Virus record (IMG/VR): IMGVR_UViG_2718218135_000001
Span: 32,001 to 96,000 of that record
Strand: one strand, 5' to 3'
Length of the DNA: 64,000 nucleotides
Origin: a virus
Lineage: Duplodnaviria; Heunggongvirae; Uroviricota; Caudoviricetes
In this document: positions 1 to 8,485 of the stretch, in pieces
How positions within the stretch are numbered: the first letter of the stretch is position 1
Layout: every line of letters begins with the position of its first letter
The notes under the pieces: generated by a model
Told to the model about the DNA's origin: nothing
Seen by the model: only the letters and a program-made list of their open reading frames with translations
Databases searched by the model: none
Made by a program: the position numbers and the translations under genes

Positions 1-72
1 AAAAACGACTCGTGATACCACCCAAAAACAGACACGCTCAGAAGCGCTCCCGTTGCGTTATATTGGACATCT

Positions 73-86
73 AAACAAGTTGTTTT
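73..86. promoter_or_regulatory. AAACAA-N2-TTGTTT operator-like palindrome (copy 1)
   Basis: aaacaagttgtttt; same palindrome recurs at least 10 times in the window; here it precedes the A+C-rich non-coding tract. Confidence 0.45.
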
Positions 87-799
87 CAGACACAAGAAAA
101 CAAGCTAACCACACCCACAGGAAACCCAGAGACGCCATTACCCACATTCCCAAAAACAACCAACCTCTTTATGGCAGGCTACTGAAAAGACCCACCTCTT
201 CTTCCCAGGCTACCGGACAACCAACCTAACTTTCACAGGCAACTCGAAACATTCATACATGCGATACCCACTACACGCCATTCCCCAAACAGCGAATAAA
301 CACCAGAACCACTGAAACTCTAACGAAGCCTGTTACCGCAAGGACTCCCTCAATCCCCAAAGACACGAAACAGAACATTCGCGGGGAAACGCCATTACTC
401 AATACACAAATAACCACAAAAGCCTTTCACGCTCTCAAGACAAACAACTCAAATACAATAACGAAAGGAATCGCCCACCTGCCATTACTCCATACACAGA
501 GAAGAACAATCACCAAAACAACGAGAACAACCCTGACGAAAACACAGAGAAGAACCACCTCAAGAAGAACGAAACCACATATGCCGGTAGAAAGAACAAA
601 CCACCCATTTCACCCACAGGAATAGTCGCCGTATTGAGCGTTATCAGAGAGAAGGTTTATGCCCACATAAGAGAGAAAATTCGTGGGAGGTATAAGTGGG
701 AAGGGAAGGAGGGGTATCGCCACTTTCTTCGTATAAATTCAAGCCATAGTTTTCATCCCCCGTAACGTCCCTATCCACCCCTTCGGTCAGCCTTCGGGC

Positions 800-1000
800 C
801 ATCCAGGGAAAAGGCCATGTCCCTTTTCAGAAACGGGAGCGTCGCCGCAGGGAAAAGGCTGGAGGTTTTCAGGGAAACGGTGGGAATCCCGCTATACGAA
901 CCGGGAAAAGGCTGGCTGCCGGTCGGGAAACGGGTACATCCCGGTACAGAGCGAGGGACGACTGCGGGAGCGGTGCGGGAAATCTTCGGGAATGCGCCTT
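800..1000. repeat. iteron-like direct repeats
   Basis: repeated units AGGGAAAAGGC...TTTTCAG(A/G)GAAACGG at about 806, 850, 871, 903, 924, 977; the three overlapping ORFs here translate to low-complexity sequence. Confidence 0.5.
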
Positions 1001-1273
1001 GCTCTTCGCTCGCCTGAAAATCGCGAGGGAGTGTCGTTCCCTCTCGTGCAGCTGCTGAACTCCATTCTGCCAGACCATCCTCGGGTCTCAAGCGATTTCA
1101 GTAGGTTTTCGGGGAGAAGAAAATTCTGCCCACCAGCCCTGCGGCGCGCGTAGAGCAGAATATCGTAAATACTGGTTCCCGTGTCGTTCCCGGATATTCA
1201 CTGCCCAGCCTGGCTTTCACGACATAAAATCCTTTTTCGCCTTTGTCTTATTGCGACAATAACACCAACAAGT

Positions 1274-1287
1274 AAACAACATGTTTA
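1274..1287. promoter_or_regulatory. AAACAA-N2-TTGTTT operator-like palindrome
   Basis: aaacaacatgttta, 32 bp upstream of ATG 1319. Confidence 0.5.
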
Positions 1288-1318
1288 GACGTTATATAAA
1301 CGAAGTGAGGATGAAGAG

Positions 1319-1537
1319 ATGATTAAGATGCCTGTGACGGTTGAGGTGTGGGGCGTGGATTCCCTGGCTGAGTGTCTGGATGCAGTGGGGCCGGAGTTGT
1401 ACCGCAAGTTGTGGTCGTTCGTCCCGGCAGAAGGGGAATCGCCCAAAGGGAAGGATATCTGGCACCTGCTTAGTGAAGATGAAAAGCGGGAGCTGGTGGA
1501 CGCGGTACACAGCGAGTTCCCGGACGACGAAGATTAA
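1319..1537 (+). CDS. hypothetical small acidic protein (72 aa)
   Basis: ORF with GAGGA RBS and upstream operator palindrome. Confidence 0.5.
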   Translation: MIKMPVTVEVWGVDSLAECLDAVGPELYRKLWSFVPAEGESPKGKDIWHLLSEDEKRELVDAVHSEFPDDED

Positions 1538-1650
1538 GAGTGAGACCACCAGCACGGTGGCTTTTGTCGCTATTAACCTCCGGGGCAGCGCAGCACCGTA
1601 ACGATATACTTTGTGGCCGTTTTCTTACTGGTATTGTTTACGCAATTCAG

Positions 1651-1666
1651 AAAACAACATGTTTAA
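1651..1666. promoter_or_regulatory. AAACAA-N2-TTGTTT operator-like palindrome
   Basis: aaaacaacatgtttaa inside a ~60-bp promoter cassette that is duplicated at 2100-2158. Confidence 0.5.
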
Positions 1667-1676
1667 GGATTGCTTT

Positions 1677-2006
1677 ATGTTTGCAAATATCGACATCAAC
1701 CAAATCAAGAAAATGACTCAAAAAGAGTTTGACCAGTTTTATGAGTTAGAAGGTTGGTCTTCCACGCTGATCAATTCGCGCTGGGTGCTTGAGCTGATGA
1801 CTCGTGATGATGCTCCTGCTTTGATTATTTGCGACATGGGTGAAGATGCTGACTTTATGGATATGAGCGAATTTTGTGTGGACACATACAACCGCAGCCA
1901 GAAGTACTACTTCACATGCGATAGCGAGAATGACGTGATTTCTAAGCTCTATCTTCACCTTGTCCAGCATTGGGACGTGCAGGAATTCCTTGAGTTATTC
2001 GCGTAA
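1677..2006 (+). CDS. hypothetical protein (109 aa)
   Basis: in-frame ATG with AAGGA RBS 8 nt upstream; the longer track ORF start at 1611 lies inside the operator. Confidence 0.5.
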   Translation: MFANIDINQIKKMTQKEFDQFYELEGWSSTLINSRWVLELMTRDDAPALIICDMGEDADFMDMSEFCVDTYNRSQKYYFTCDSENDVISKLYLHLVQHWDVQEFLELFA

Positions 2007-2016
2007 GCCCAACCAA

Positions 2017-2037
2017 AGCCAGCACCGCCTGCTGGCT
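2017..2037 (+). terminator. hairpin after CDS (weak terminator candidate)
   Basis: agccagc-N7-gctggct stem, no clear T tract. Confidence 0.35.
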
Positions 2038-2140
2038 TAACTTCTCTGTAGCCGCAGGGAAGAACCACCTTTAGATAATTCATGTGCCTGAGCAATATGC
2101 TTTGTAGCCGTTTTTACACTGGTATTATTTACGCCATTGA

Positions 2141-2157
2141 GAAAACAATTTGTTTAC
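2141..2157. promoter_or_regulatory. AAACAA-N2-TTGTTT operator-like palindrome
   Basis: gaaaacaatttgtttac, 10 bp upstream of ATG 2167. Confidence 0.5.
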
Positions 2158-2166
2158 GGAGTGGTG

Positions 2167-2478
2167 ATGAATACTTCATTGGTGCTGGGTCTTGCTGAAG
2201 GCCAGGAGAGAAAAGAAAAACCAACCTTAATGGGGCATCTCACATTGCTGGATATCGTAGCGAATGGGACTTCTATCCGTCTGTTTCGTGAAAAAGCCAT
2301 TACCTTCGACGCGGGCAATTTTACGCGCTATGTGATGGTAGTTCGTCGCCAGCGTGGAAGAGGGTGGATGTCGGTCCAGAAAATGTGGCCAGAGGACCAG
2401 CTTGAACTGGCGCTGATGGAAGCCAACCGTGTCGCCCAACAAGAGATCCAACGAGCGTCTGTTCAGGCGGTAGCTTAA
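2167..2478 (+). CDS. hypothetical protein (103 aa)
   Basis: ATG with GGAGTGG RBS; followed by intrinsic terminator. Confidence 0.5.
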   Translation: MNTSLVLGLAEGQERKEKPTLMGHLTLLDIVANGTSIRLFREKAITFDAGNFTRYVMVVRRQRGRGWMSVQKMWPEDQLELALMEANRVAQQEIQRASVQAVA

Positions 2479-2513
2479 ACATGTGCAAGCAGTAGTTAGT
2501 CGAATGTACGACA

Positions 2514-2540
2514 GCCCCGCCAATCCTTCGGGGCTTTTTT
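2514..2540 (+). terminator. rho-independent terminator
   Basis: gccccg-loop-cggggc stem followed by TTTTTT. Confidence 0.7.
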
Positions 2541-2544
2541 GTAT

Positions 2545-2560
2545 TGTAAGTACTTACTTA
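2545..2560. promoter_or_regulatory. TAAGTA-N-TACTTA palindromic box (second motif family)
   Basis: tgtaagtacttactta immediately after the terminator and 40 bp before gene 2600. Confidence 0.5.
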
Positions 2561-2599
2561 TGATAATAAAATTAAAAATTAAACACTAAGGAGAGTGAA

Positions 2600-2995
2600 A
2601 TGACCGTTAAACGCGAAAATCTGACCCTGGATATGTATTATGCATCAGAGACGGAAAATGGAGACAAAGTTGCAAAAATTACAATTGTGCTACGCGATAA
2701 TACCTCCGGCGAAGAAGTTCACACCAGTACCTTAACTCGCACCGGCGAGGCCACAAAGGGGAAATATTCGGTGCGTTACCAAAGCATCAGTAATGCTTCT
2801 GACCCTTTACTGATAAAACTGGAAACTCATTTCCGTGGCGCGGATCAGACGTTGTTTGAAAATTTGATGAAAAAGGTCGATACGGTTTATACATCGAGTT
2901 TAAATACCAATAGTACCTGGATGGGACAACACGGTCTGCGAATAATCTCCGGCGAAAAGATCGACACCATTGTCCCTGAAAGCGTATTCGCTTAA
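2600..2995 (+). CDS. hypothetical protein (131 aa)
   Basis: strong RBS AAGGAGAG; terminator downstream. Confidence 0.55.
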   Translation: MTVKRENLTLDMYYASETENGDKVAKITIVLRDNTSGEEVHTSTLTRTGEATKGKYSVRYQSISNASDPLLIKLETHFRGADQTLFENLMKKVDTVYTSSLNTNSTWMGQHGLRIISGEKIDTIVPESVFA

Positions 2996-3007
2996 TCCTC
3001 TTTGAAT

Positions 3008-3032
3008 GGCGCGTAAACCGCGCCATTTTCTT
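3008..3032 (+). terminator. rho-independent terminator
   Basis: ggcgcg-taaac-cgcgcc hairpin followed by ATTTTCTT. Confidence 0.6.
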
Positions 3033-3041
3033 ATGCCCGAT

Positions 3042-3054
3042 AACAATTTGTTTT
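3042..3054. promoter_or_regulatory. AAACAA-N2-TTGTTT operator-like palindrome (half-degenerate)
   Basis: aacaatttgtttt upstream of gene 3113. Confidence 0.4.
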
Positions 3055-3112
3055 CTGCCTTATCTGATTTGTGAAAATGATTTCACTGAAGCAACTTAAT
3101 AAGGAAACCATC

Positions 3113-3487
3113 ATGGGACTTGATATCTATATCGAGACGCAGCCTAAAAACGATCTGAATAACGAGGCATCCAGAAAGCAGGTTGCTTACTTCCGTAAGT
3201 TCAATGCGCTCGTTGGGTGGATGGAGCGCAACGTAGGTGAAGTCGAAAATTGTGAGCTTTTAGAATTAACGATGAATGACATTTGTTTTCTGAAGGCTCA
3301 TTTGATGCACATAAACGAAAGTAATTGCGAAGAGTACTTGCCTACCCAGGAAGGTTTTTTCTTCGGCAGTCAGGAGTACGATGAAGGTTACTGGCATGAC
3401 GTGGATAAGCTGAAAAAACTTGTGGAAGACCTGATCAGGAACCACGACTTTCACAATAACAGACTGACGTTCCGTGCCTGGTGGTAA
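3113..3487 (+). CDS. hypothetical protein (124 aa)
   Basis: in-frame ATG with AAGGA RBS; the track ORF begins at GTG 3071. Confidence 0.5.
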   Translation: MGLDIYIETQPKNDLNNEASRKQVAYFRKFNALVGWMERNVGEVENCELLELTMNDICFLKAHLMHINESNCEEYLPTQEGFFFGSQEYDEGYWHDVDKLKKLVEDLIRNHDFHNNRLTFRAWW

Positions 3488-3489
3488 AT

Positions 3490-3633
3490 ATGGGCGATTT
3501 CAAGAAACGCCTGAAGGAAAGAGCCGAGATGGTCAGAAATCAAAACGCATCTTCTGTCATCAGATACGCAAGGCAGTTTAGTCGCAACAACAAATCAGTT
3601 GAGGAAAAGATCCTTAGCGCAATCGGGCGATAA
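3490..3633 (+). CDS. possible small basic protein (47 aa)
   Basis: ATG overlaps the upstream stop (TAAATATG); below the ORF-track length cutoff; hand-translated. Confidence 0.25.
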   Translation: MGDFKKRLKERAEMVRNQNASSVIRYARQFSRNNKSVEEKILSAIGR

Positions 3634-3638
3634 TTATT

Positions 3639-3662
3639 AAGGCCACCAGCAGTGGTGGCCTT
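3639..3662. terminator. 10-bp stem hairpin (terminator-like)
   Basis: aaggccacca-gcag-tggtggcctt perfect stem; no T tract. Confidence 0.35.
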
Positions 3663-3803
3663 AAATGACCATCCTGTTTCCCGCAGGCTAAAAACACCAA
3701 CCTCTTACCTCCAGGCAACCGACAAACCCACCTGTTCCCGTCCGGCTACCGCAACTTTCCACTTTGACGCCTTATTCGTACAACGATAATTAACACCAAC
3801 AAG

Positions 3804-3816
3804 AAAACAATTTGTT
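3804..3816. promoter_or_regulatory. AAACAA-N2-TTGTTT operator-like palindrome
   Basis: aaaacaatttgtt, 22 bp upstream of ATG 3838; flanking acaccaacaag element is shared with the 1260 copy. Confidence 0.5.
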
Positions 3817-3837
3817 ATTTACGATAAGGAATTAATC

Positions 3838-4320
3838 ATGAATTTTATCGCTACTGTAAACGCACCCGCACATGGCAATATCGCTGTAACGTTCTCTGAC
3901 ATTGAAAAACGAGTACTTGGTGCATGGCGCGACAATGAGACGGTAGAACTGTCAGCACAAGAAAAATGCATTATTGCACGCGACATCATTGGCAATCGTC
4001 GTTACTCGCGGGTATTTGAGAAAGCATATGTGGTAAATTCTGGATTCGGAACGTTCGTCTTTCCGGTGCGCTCCGGGCGATTCTGCCAGTCCAAGCTGAT
4101 TGAGTTCGCTACGCAGATTTCTGTCTGGATTAAAACTCAATCGTCGTTCAAATTTTCCGACGATGAAGCAGTATCGCAGGGGATGCGGATCGCCAACAAT
4201 GCAATAAAATGCAAAAACATTACGTATGCCGCTGGCGTTGACACATGGAAACTGTTTTGCGCTAACTTTATGCTGAATGTATACGCAAGCAACCGCATCC
4301 ACATCCTTGATGGCGTGTAA
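3838..4320 (+). CDS. hypothetical protein (160 aa)
   Basis: ORF with AAGGA RBS. Confidence 0.55.
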   Translation: MNFIATVNAPAHGNIAVTFSDIEKRVLGAWRDNETVELSAQEKCIIARDIIGNRRYSRVFEKAYVVNSGFGTFVFPVRSGRFCQSKLIEFATQISVWIKTQSSFKFSDDEAVSQGMRIANNAIKCKNITYAAGVDTWKLFCANFMLNVYASNRIHILDGV

Positions 4321-4328
4321 CTGAGAAG

Positions 4329-4352
4329 AGGGCCAGAAACGGCCCTTTCTCT
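4329..4352 (+). terminator. terminator-like hairpin
   Basis: agggcc-agaaac-ggccct followed by TTCTCT. Confidence 0.5.
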
Positions 4353-4368
4353 ATAGCCACCAGCTGCC

Positions 4369-4450
4369 GCAGGGAAATTTTCAGAAACGGCGAGGAACGC
4401 ATTCATGAGCCGAAGGGAAACGACCATGAAATTTTCTGGAAACGGCGGGG
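4369..4450. repeat. second cluster of iteron-like repeats
   Basis: agggaaattttcagaaacggcg and agggaaacgaccatgaaattttctggaaacggcg; same unit as at 800-1000. Confidence 0.45.
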
Positions 4451-4913
4451 GTCGCCTTTATGTAGAAAACTGAGCGGGAGAAACCCGGAATCGCGCCAGA
4501 AATTGCATAGCGGCGCTGGGTAGTTGCTGGTGGGCTTTCAGCCCCTGGGCCATCCAGATAGCTTTCGCTATGTGATTATGTGAATCCGTGGGTAAATCAC
4601 TGTAAGCGCGTACACGTTGCCCAACGTGGCAATCATATGCGAGCGGATACAAAACAACACAAAGAGCCGATCCGCGCCGACAAATAAACGCGGATCACAT
4701 AGCAAGACTAAAAGCCAATGATTAACCATACTCTATAGCGCAATATAACGCGTTTTAAGCGCGTTAATGTGTTAAGTAATGGGTATGTACTGACAAGGAT
4801 ATAAAAGCGCGTCTATGGCGTTATTTTGGTGCTTATTTTTATGTTGTTGGAGTGAGTTAAAGACAATAAAAAACGCGCCATCATTGGCGCGTTATGGTGG
4901 GAGTATTGGAAAC

Positions 4914-4950
4914 GAAAAAAGCGCCCATAGTGGGCGCTCGATTTTATTTG
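4914..4950. terminator. bidirectional intrinsic terminator
   Basis: A-run, palindrome gcgcccatagtgggcgc, then T-rich tract; identical palindrome recurs at 5194-5212. Confidence 0.55.
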
Positions 4951-5174
4951 TGTAAACTGATTTCAAATCCTATTTCTACAAACGCTTTCAACATTAAAAA
5001 GATATCAGCGTCATTCACGTCTGCTTTTTTTCGCTCCTGGTCGTTCAATAAGTCAATTTTGCGCGTTGTTTCATTTATAAACTCGACTGCGCGCCCAGCG
5101 ATCCCAGCGATCCCAGCGATGCGATTAACATAATATTCATTATGGACGTTAACGCCAGCGATAAGAACAAACAT
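4944..5174 (-). CDS. small protein (76 aa) with IAG x3 repeat
   Basis: AAGGAG RBS; contains the 9-bp tandem repeat. Confidence 0.5.
   Translation of the reverse strand: MFVLIAGVNVHNEYYVNRIAGIAGIAGRAVEFINETTRKIDLLNDQERKKADVNDADIFLMLKAFVEIGFEISLHK
5094..5120. repeat. 9-bp tandem repeat x3 (cccagcgat)
   Basis: direct reading; encodes IAGIAGIAG on the minus strand. Confidence 0.8.
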
Positions 5175-5192
5175 GATTAAGCTCCTTAAAAC

Positions 5193-5213
5193 TAGCGCCC
5201 ATAGTGGGCGCTA
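5193..5213. terminator. palindrome identical to the 4921 copy (terminator-like)
   Basis: tagcgcccatagtgggcgcta, between two minus-strand genes. Confidence 0.4.
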
Positions 5214-5224
5214 TATCCATCTAA

Positions 5225-5875
5225 TTACGCTTTGAAAGCATCAGCCAGATAGTTATAAAAATCATTTTTAACGAAGCGATATTGCTGTGATCCGTTTTTC
5301 GCTGCACCCATTCCTTTGATTTTTTCGACCAGTCCCAGACGTTCGCAAAGATTGATAAGCTGGTTGGCTTGAGTGTATCCAGCGTCTAATTTTATTTCGT
5401 TGGCTTTTTTCGCTTCATTCATTAAATCGAAAACAGCGCCATTAGTGAACGTCTCGATCTCGTCGTTAATCATATCGATTAGAGCGAATACGCGAGATCC
5501 GGACATATCAGCGACGGAATAAACGCATTTACCAGACTTAATGGATTTAACCAGATAAACCAATTTTTCCAGTGAATAACTATTAGTCATTGCTTCGCGG
5601 AAAAATGCTTCAGGTGCTTGTTTGCTTGCTTTAATCGCGTAGTAAAACACGCCAGCTAATTTTTCATCATTAACAGCGTTTAAAACGTTGTTCGTGAAAT
5701 AAGCTAATTTAGTAGACGCTGCAAGCATGTTAGCTTTATCCGCTTTTGTGTGTGTACCATTTTTATAATGATTGTTATAAGTCTGGGTAGCGTTGTTGGC
5801 TGCAACTTGTAACTCATTAGCGATAACCACAGCAGCGTCGATGATAGCTTTTTTAGAAATGGTAACGTTAGACAT
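5225..5875 (-). CDS. hypothetical protein (216 aa), AT-rich island
   Basis: ORF with AAGGA RBS; no recognisable motif. Confidence 0.55.
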   Translation of the reverse strand: MSNVTISKKAIIDAAVVIANELQVAANNATQTYNNHYKNGTHTKADKANMLAASTKLAYFTNNVLNAVNDEKLAGVFYYAIKASKQAPEAFFREAMTNSYSLEKLVYLVKSIKSGKCVYSVADMSGSRVFALIDMINDEIETFTNGAVFDLMNEAKKANEIKLDAGYTQANQLINLCERLGLVEKIKGMGAAKNGSQQYRFVKNDFYNYLADAFKA

Positions 5876-6189
5876 GATGTTAATCCTTAATAAGAGTAAA
5901 AATAAAATTCTTGTATCGTTAGCGTGTTCGCTTTCGATGTGAGTAATTATCGATATGCAGAAATTAAAATCAAGAGTTTTTTACGCGGGAGCGAAAAAAT
6001 TTTTATTCAATAAAAATCAAAGTCTTAGAAATAAAACGCGTTTTCTCGAAGGTGTTGCCTAAATAAATTCCCTATTCGGTCAATCACCCTTATATATTTA
6101 AAGTGAAATCGGGATTAGGGAAAATAAATATAACGGGAAGTGACACATAAAATAATAACCGGACTTAGCCGGTTATCACCCTTATAGAT

Positions 6190-6714
6190 TTAAAACGGTA
6201 AAATCCGTTCGACCCAATCGAAGAGAACTATCGTTCGTCCGCGCTCGCCAACTCTCATTGCGACCTGACAGGCATCAACGCCTAACGAACACCCCTCAAT
6301 TTCACGGCCATCCGCCATGTAGACCCTTATAGACTTTTGCGCCTCATGAGCTTGACGACAAATTTTGAAGAAATCGCGGCGAGATGGCCGATTGTCCACA
6401 TAGTCAGGGTGTACAGTGAGCCTACCTGTAAACATCTTGTCCACTTCGACAGGTGTAATTGTTTCTATGGTGCTAACTCGCTCCAATGGAAGACGAACAC
6501 GATGTTCTTTACTTCCTATAACGGGAGAAAGATCTAGCTTATTGCGTGCGGTAAGCAGACCAATAACGTAAAGACAAAACGTCTGACCATCATCGATCGT
6601 GACCCTTACAGGTATATTCCTTGCCCGTAGGAACTGCAAACTAAACTCCACGTTAGAGTAGTCGCGGGGCCAGACCTCTGCTGGGATGCCGTATGTAATG
6701 TCTGTGATCGTCAT
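6190..6714 (-). CDS. hypothetical protein (174 aa), translationally coupled to upstream gene
   Basis: start overlaps upstream stop (TAATG). Confidence 0.55.
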   Translation of the reverse strand: MTITDITYGIPAEVWPRDYSNVEFSLQFLRARNIPVRVTIDDGQTFCLYVIGLLTARNKLDLSPVIGSKEHRVRLPLERVSTIETITPVEVDKMFTGRLTVHPDYVDNRPSRRDFFKICRQAHEAQKSIRVYMADGREIEGCSLGVDACQVAMRVGERGRTIVLFDWVERILPF

Positions 6715-7304
6715 TAGTCTACCTTAAGTGGCGTGTCGAGAAGCCCAAACTTAAACTGCTTGCTACCTGCCACGAGGAAGGGGGCTTCGATGTAAATGGT
6801 TTTGTTGTCGATATCTGATTTTGCGGTCTTTTTGATGTCTTTTAGAAGCCTAATTGTTGCTGCGTTGTCCAGAACAAGTACTTTGCCGGTCGCATCATTG
6901 CCGATTTTGCCGTATGTCGTGAACGATTCATTACTGCCAACGCGGATATTAATCGGGCAACCGCTCTTGGCGATCTCATCACAGTACATAGTTCCATCAA
7001 TCACATTTAGTAGACCGTAGGTTGGAACAAGAGCCTTGCCAGAGTTGGTGCTTGTTCCTTCTTTGACAGCTGTACCCATGATTTGAAGGCGCATATGTTC
7101 TGATTCACCGGAAATCAGTGTTTCTTCCGCGTTATCGGAATACCTGAACCATACAGGTTGAACTGTTCCTCTGGCCTCGTATTTTACATTGTCTAGGGTA
7201 GTGAACTTGCTGTACGTTTTTTGCATGTCAGCAACCATATCTGACACTGCATTGGCAGAGAATGATAGAATATAGGTGGTTACTAAGATGGCTAAACGAG
7301 TCAT
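6714..7304 (-). CDS. hypothetical secreted protein (196 aa)
   Basis: N-terminal signal peptide MTRLAILVTTYILSFSANA; GAGGT RBS. Confidence 0.55.
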   Translation of the reverse strand: MTRLAILVTTYILSFSANAVSDMVADMQKTYSKFTTLDNVKYEARGTVQPVWFRYSDNAEETLISGESEHMRLQIMGTAVKEGTSTNSGKALVPTYGLLNVIDGTMYCDEIAKSGCPINIRVGSNESFTTYGKIGNDATGKVLVLDNAATIRLLKDIKKTAKSDIDNKTIYIEAPFLVAGSKQFKFGLLDTPLKVD

Positions 7305-7602
7305 TCTGACCTCAAATTAACGATATGCTATTTCCAACAGAAGATGCTGCTTATAAACGCCTCAAGATGAAATCTGAATAATTTGTCTTTGAAAAAATTT
7401 CTCGCCATGAGTGATTTTACGCTCTAGCGAATTAAGAATTTCGTTAATGAAAATATTCATCCACCACCTCTGGCTCAAATTCCTCGGTTGTGAAGCCTAC
7501 AAATATTCGTCAACCGATCAAGAACTTTTTTTTCAGCCGGAGGTGTGCGAAATTGTGATATAAATCACATGCTGACATCTACAGACGCCAGCATATTGAT
7601 GA

Positions 7603-8142
7603 TTATTTGTCCAGCACTTTGTACTTGTTCGTAATCAAACGCTCACCCTTTCTGGTAACTGTAAAACCAAACGGCGCTTTGCTGTTTTTACGTAACACGC
7701 TTTCAGCGAGCGCTTCATCGGTAGGTTGTATAGTTGAATTGTCTATCCAGTCGATGAGGGTAAGAAAGTTTAAAAGTTTCATGCTCGTGACGCCCATCTT
7801 ACAGGCTATGTCACGGACGGTACGAATCTGCCTGCATTTTGTTTCATGTGCTGCGATAGGTGTCTTTGAATTGTTTGGTGTCAGTAACGTATCCAGTGTA
7901 TTAAAGAACCCCCTTGCGGATTCAGACTTAATAAGACCTGAGTCGCTCATATCACACGCGATACGGTACAGAATATTGCTGTTGTTCATGAAGGGATAGT
8001 TCTCAACGAATCTGACGAATGCTTGTGCATTTTTCTCTCCGCATTTGTAATCCAGCGGATTATCTACGCGCCAGAAAAATGCACTGTTGTTTTTTGCGTC
8101 AAAGATATCAACAAATGGTAGTTCAGCTAAATAGTTCATCAT
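7603..8142 (-). CDS. hypothetical protein (179 aa)
   Basis: ORF; start codon lies inside a 12-bp inverted repeat (8137-8175). Confidence 0.5.
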   Translation of the reverse strand: MMNYLAELPFVDIFDAKNNSAFFWRVDNPLDYKCGEKNAQAFVRFVENYPFMNNSNILYRIACDMSDSGLIKSESARGFFNTLDTLLTPNNSKTPIAAHETKCRQIRTVRDIACKMGVTSMKLLNFLTLIDWIDNSTIQPTDEALAESVLRKNSKAPFGFTVTRKGERLITNKYKVLDK

Positions 8143-8204
8143 GTGCTCCTTTGTAACTTGACGAGCACATGATGAACTACGAAATAAGGGGAAAAAGTGG
8201 AAGA

Positions 8205-8483
8205 TTACGGCAGCCGTTTGAGAATATCGGCCAGATCTTCTTTGGTCATACCCGAGTTTTCGTAAATCTTCATGACCTTTTCACGAGCCTTTGCAGTAGT
8301 CTCTAATGACGTAGCTATCTTATCAAAATCACCCATCGTCATATTGGACAGCACCAGATTGATGATGTCTGCCTTTGACAGTTTTATGCTGCGTTCACGC
8401 AGTCGATTCTGAAAGGTCTCTAGTTTATCGTTTGCTTTTTCGGTTAACTTAACCTGGCAGTTAATAGCGCGTTTCTCGCTCAT
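8205..8483 (-). CDS. hypothetical protein (92 aa) coupled to helicase
   Basis: starts 3 nt after the helicase stop. Confidence 0.5.
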   Translation of the reverse strand: MSEKRAINCQVKLTEKANDKLETFQNRLRERSIKLSKADIINLVLSNMTMGDFDKIATSLETTAKAREKVMKIYENSGMTKEDLADILKRLP

Positions 8484-8485
8484 GC

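Noticed and set aside
771-1091. Three overlapping ORFs (771-1091 minus, 817-1017 plus, 869-1078 minus)
   Set aside because: All three frames are open over the iteron-like array and give low-complexity products with no RBS; treated as non-coding.
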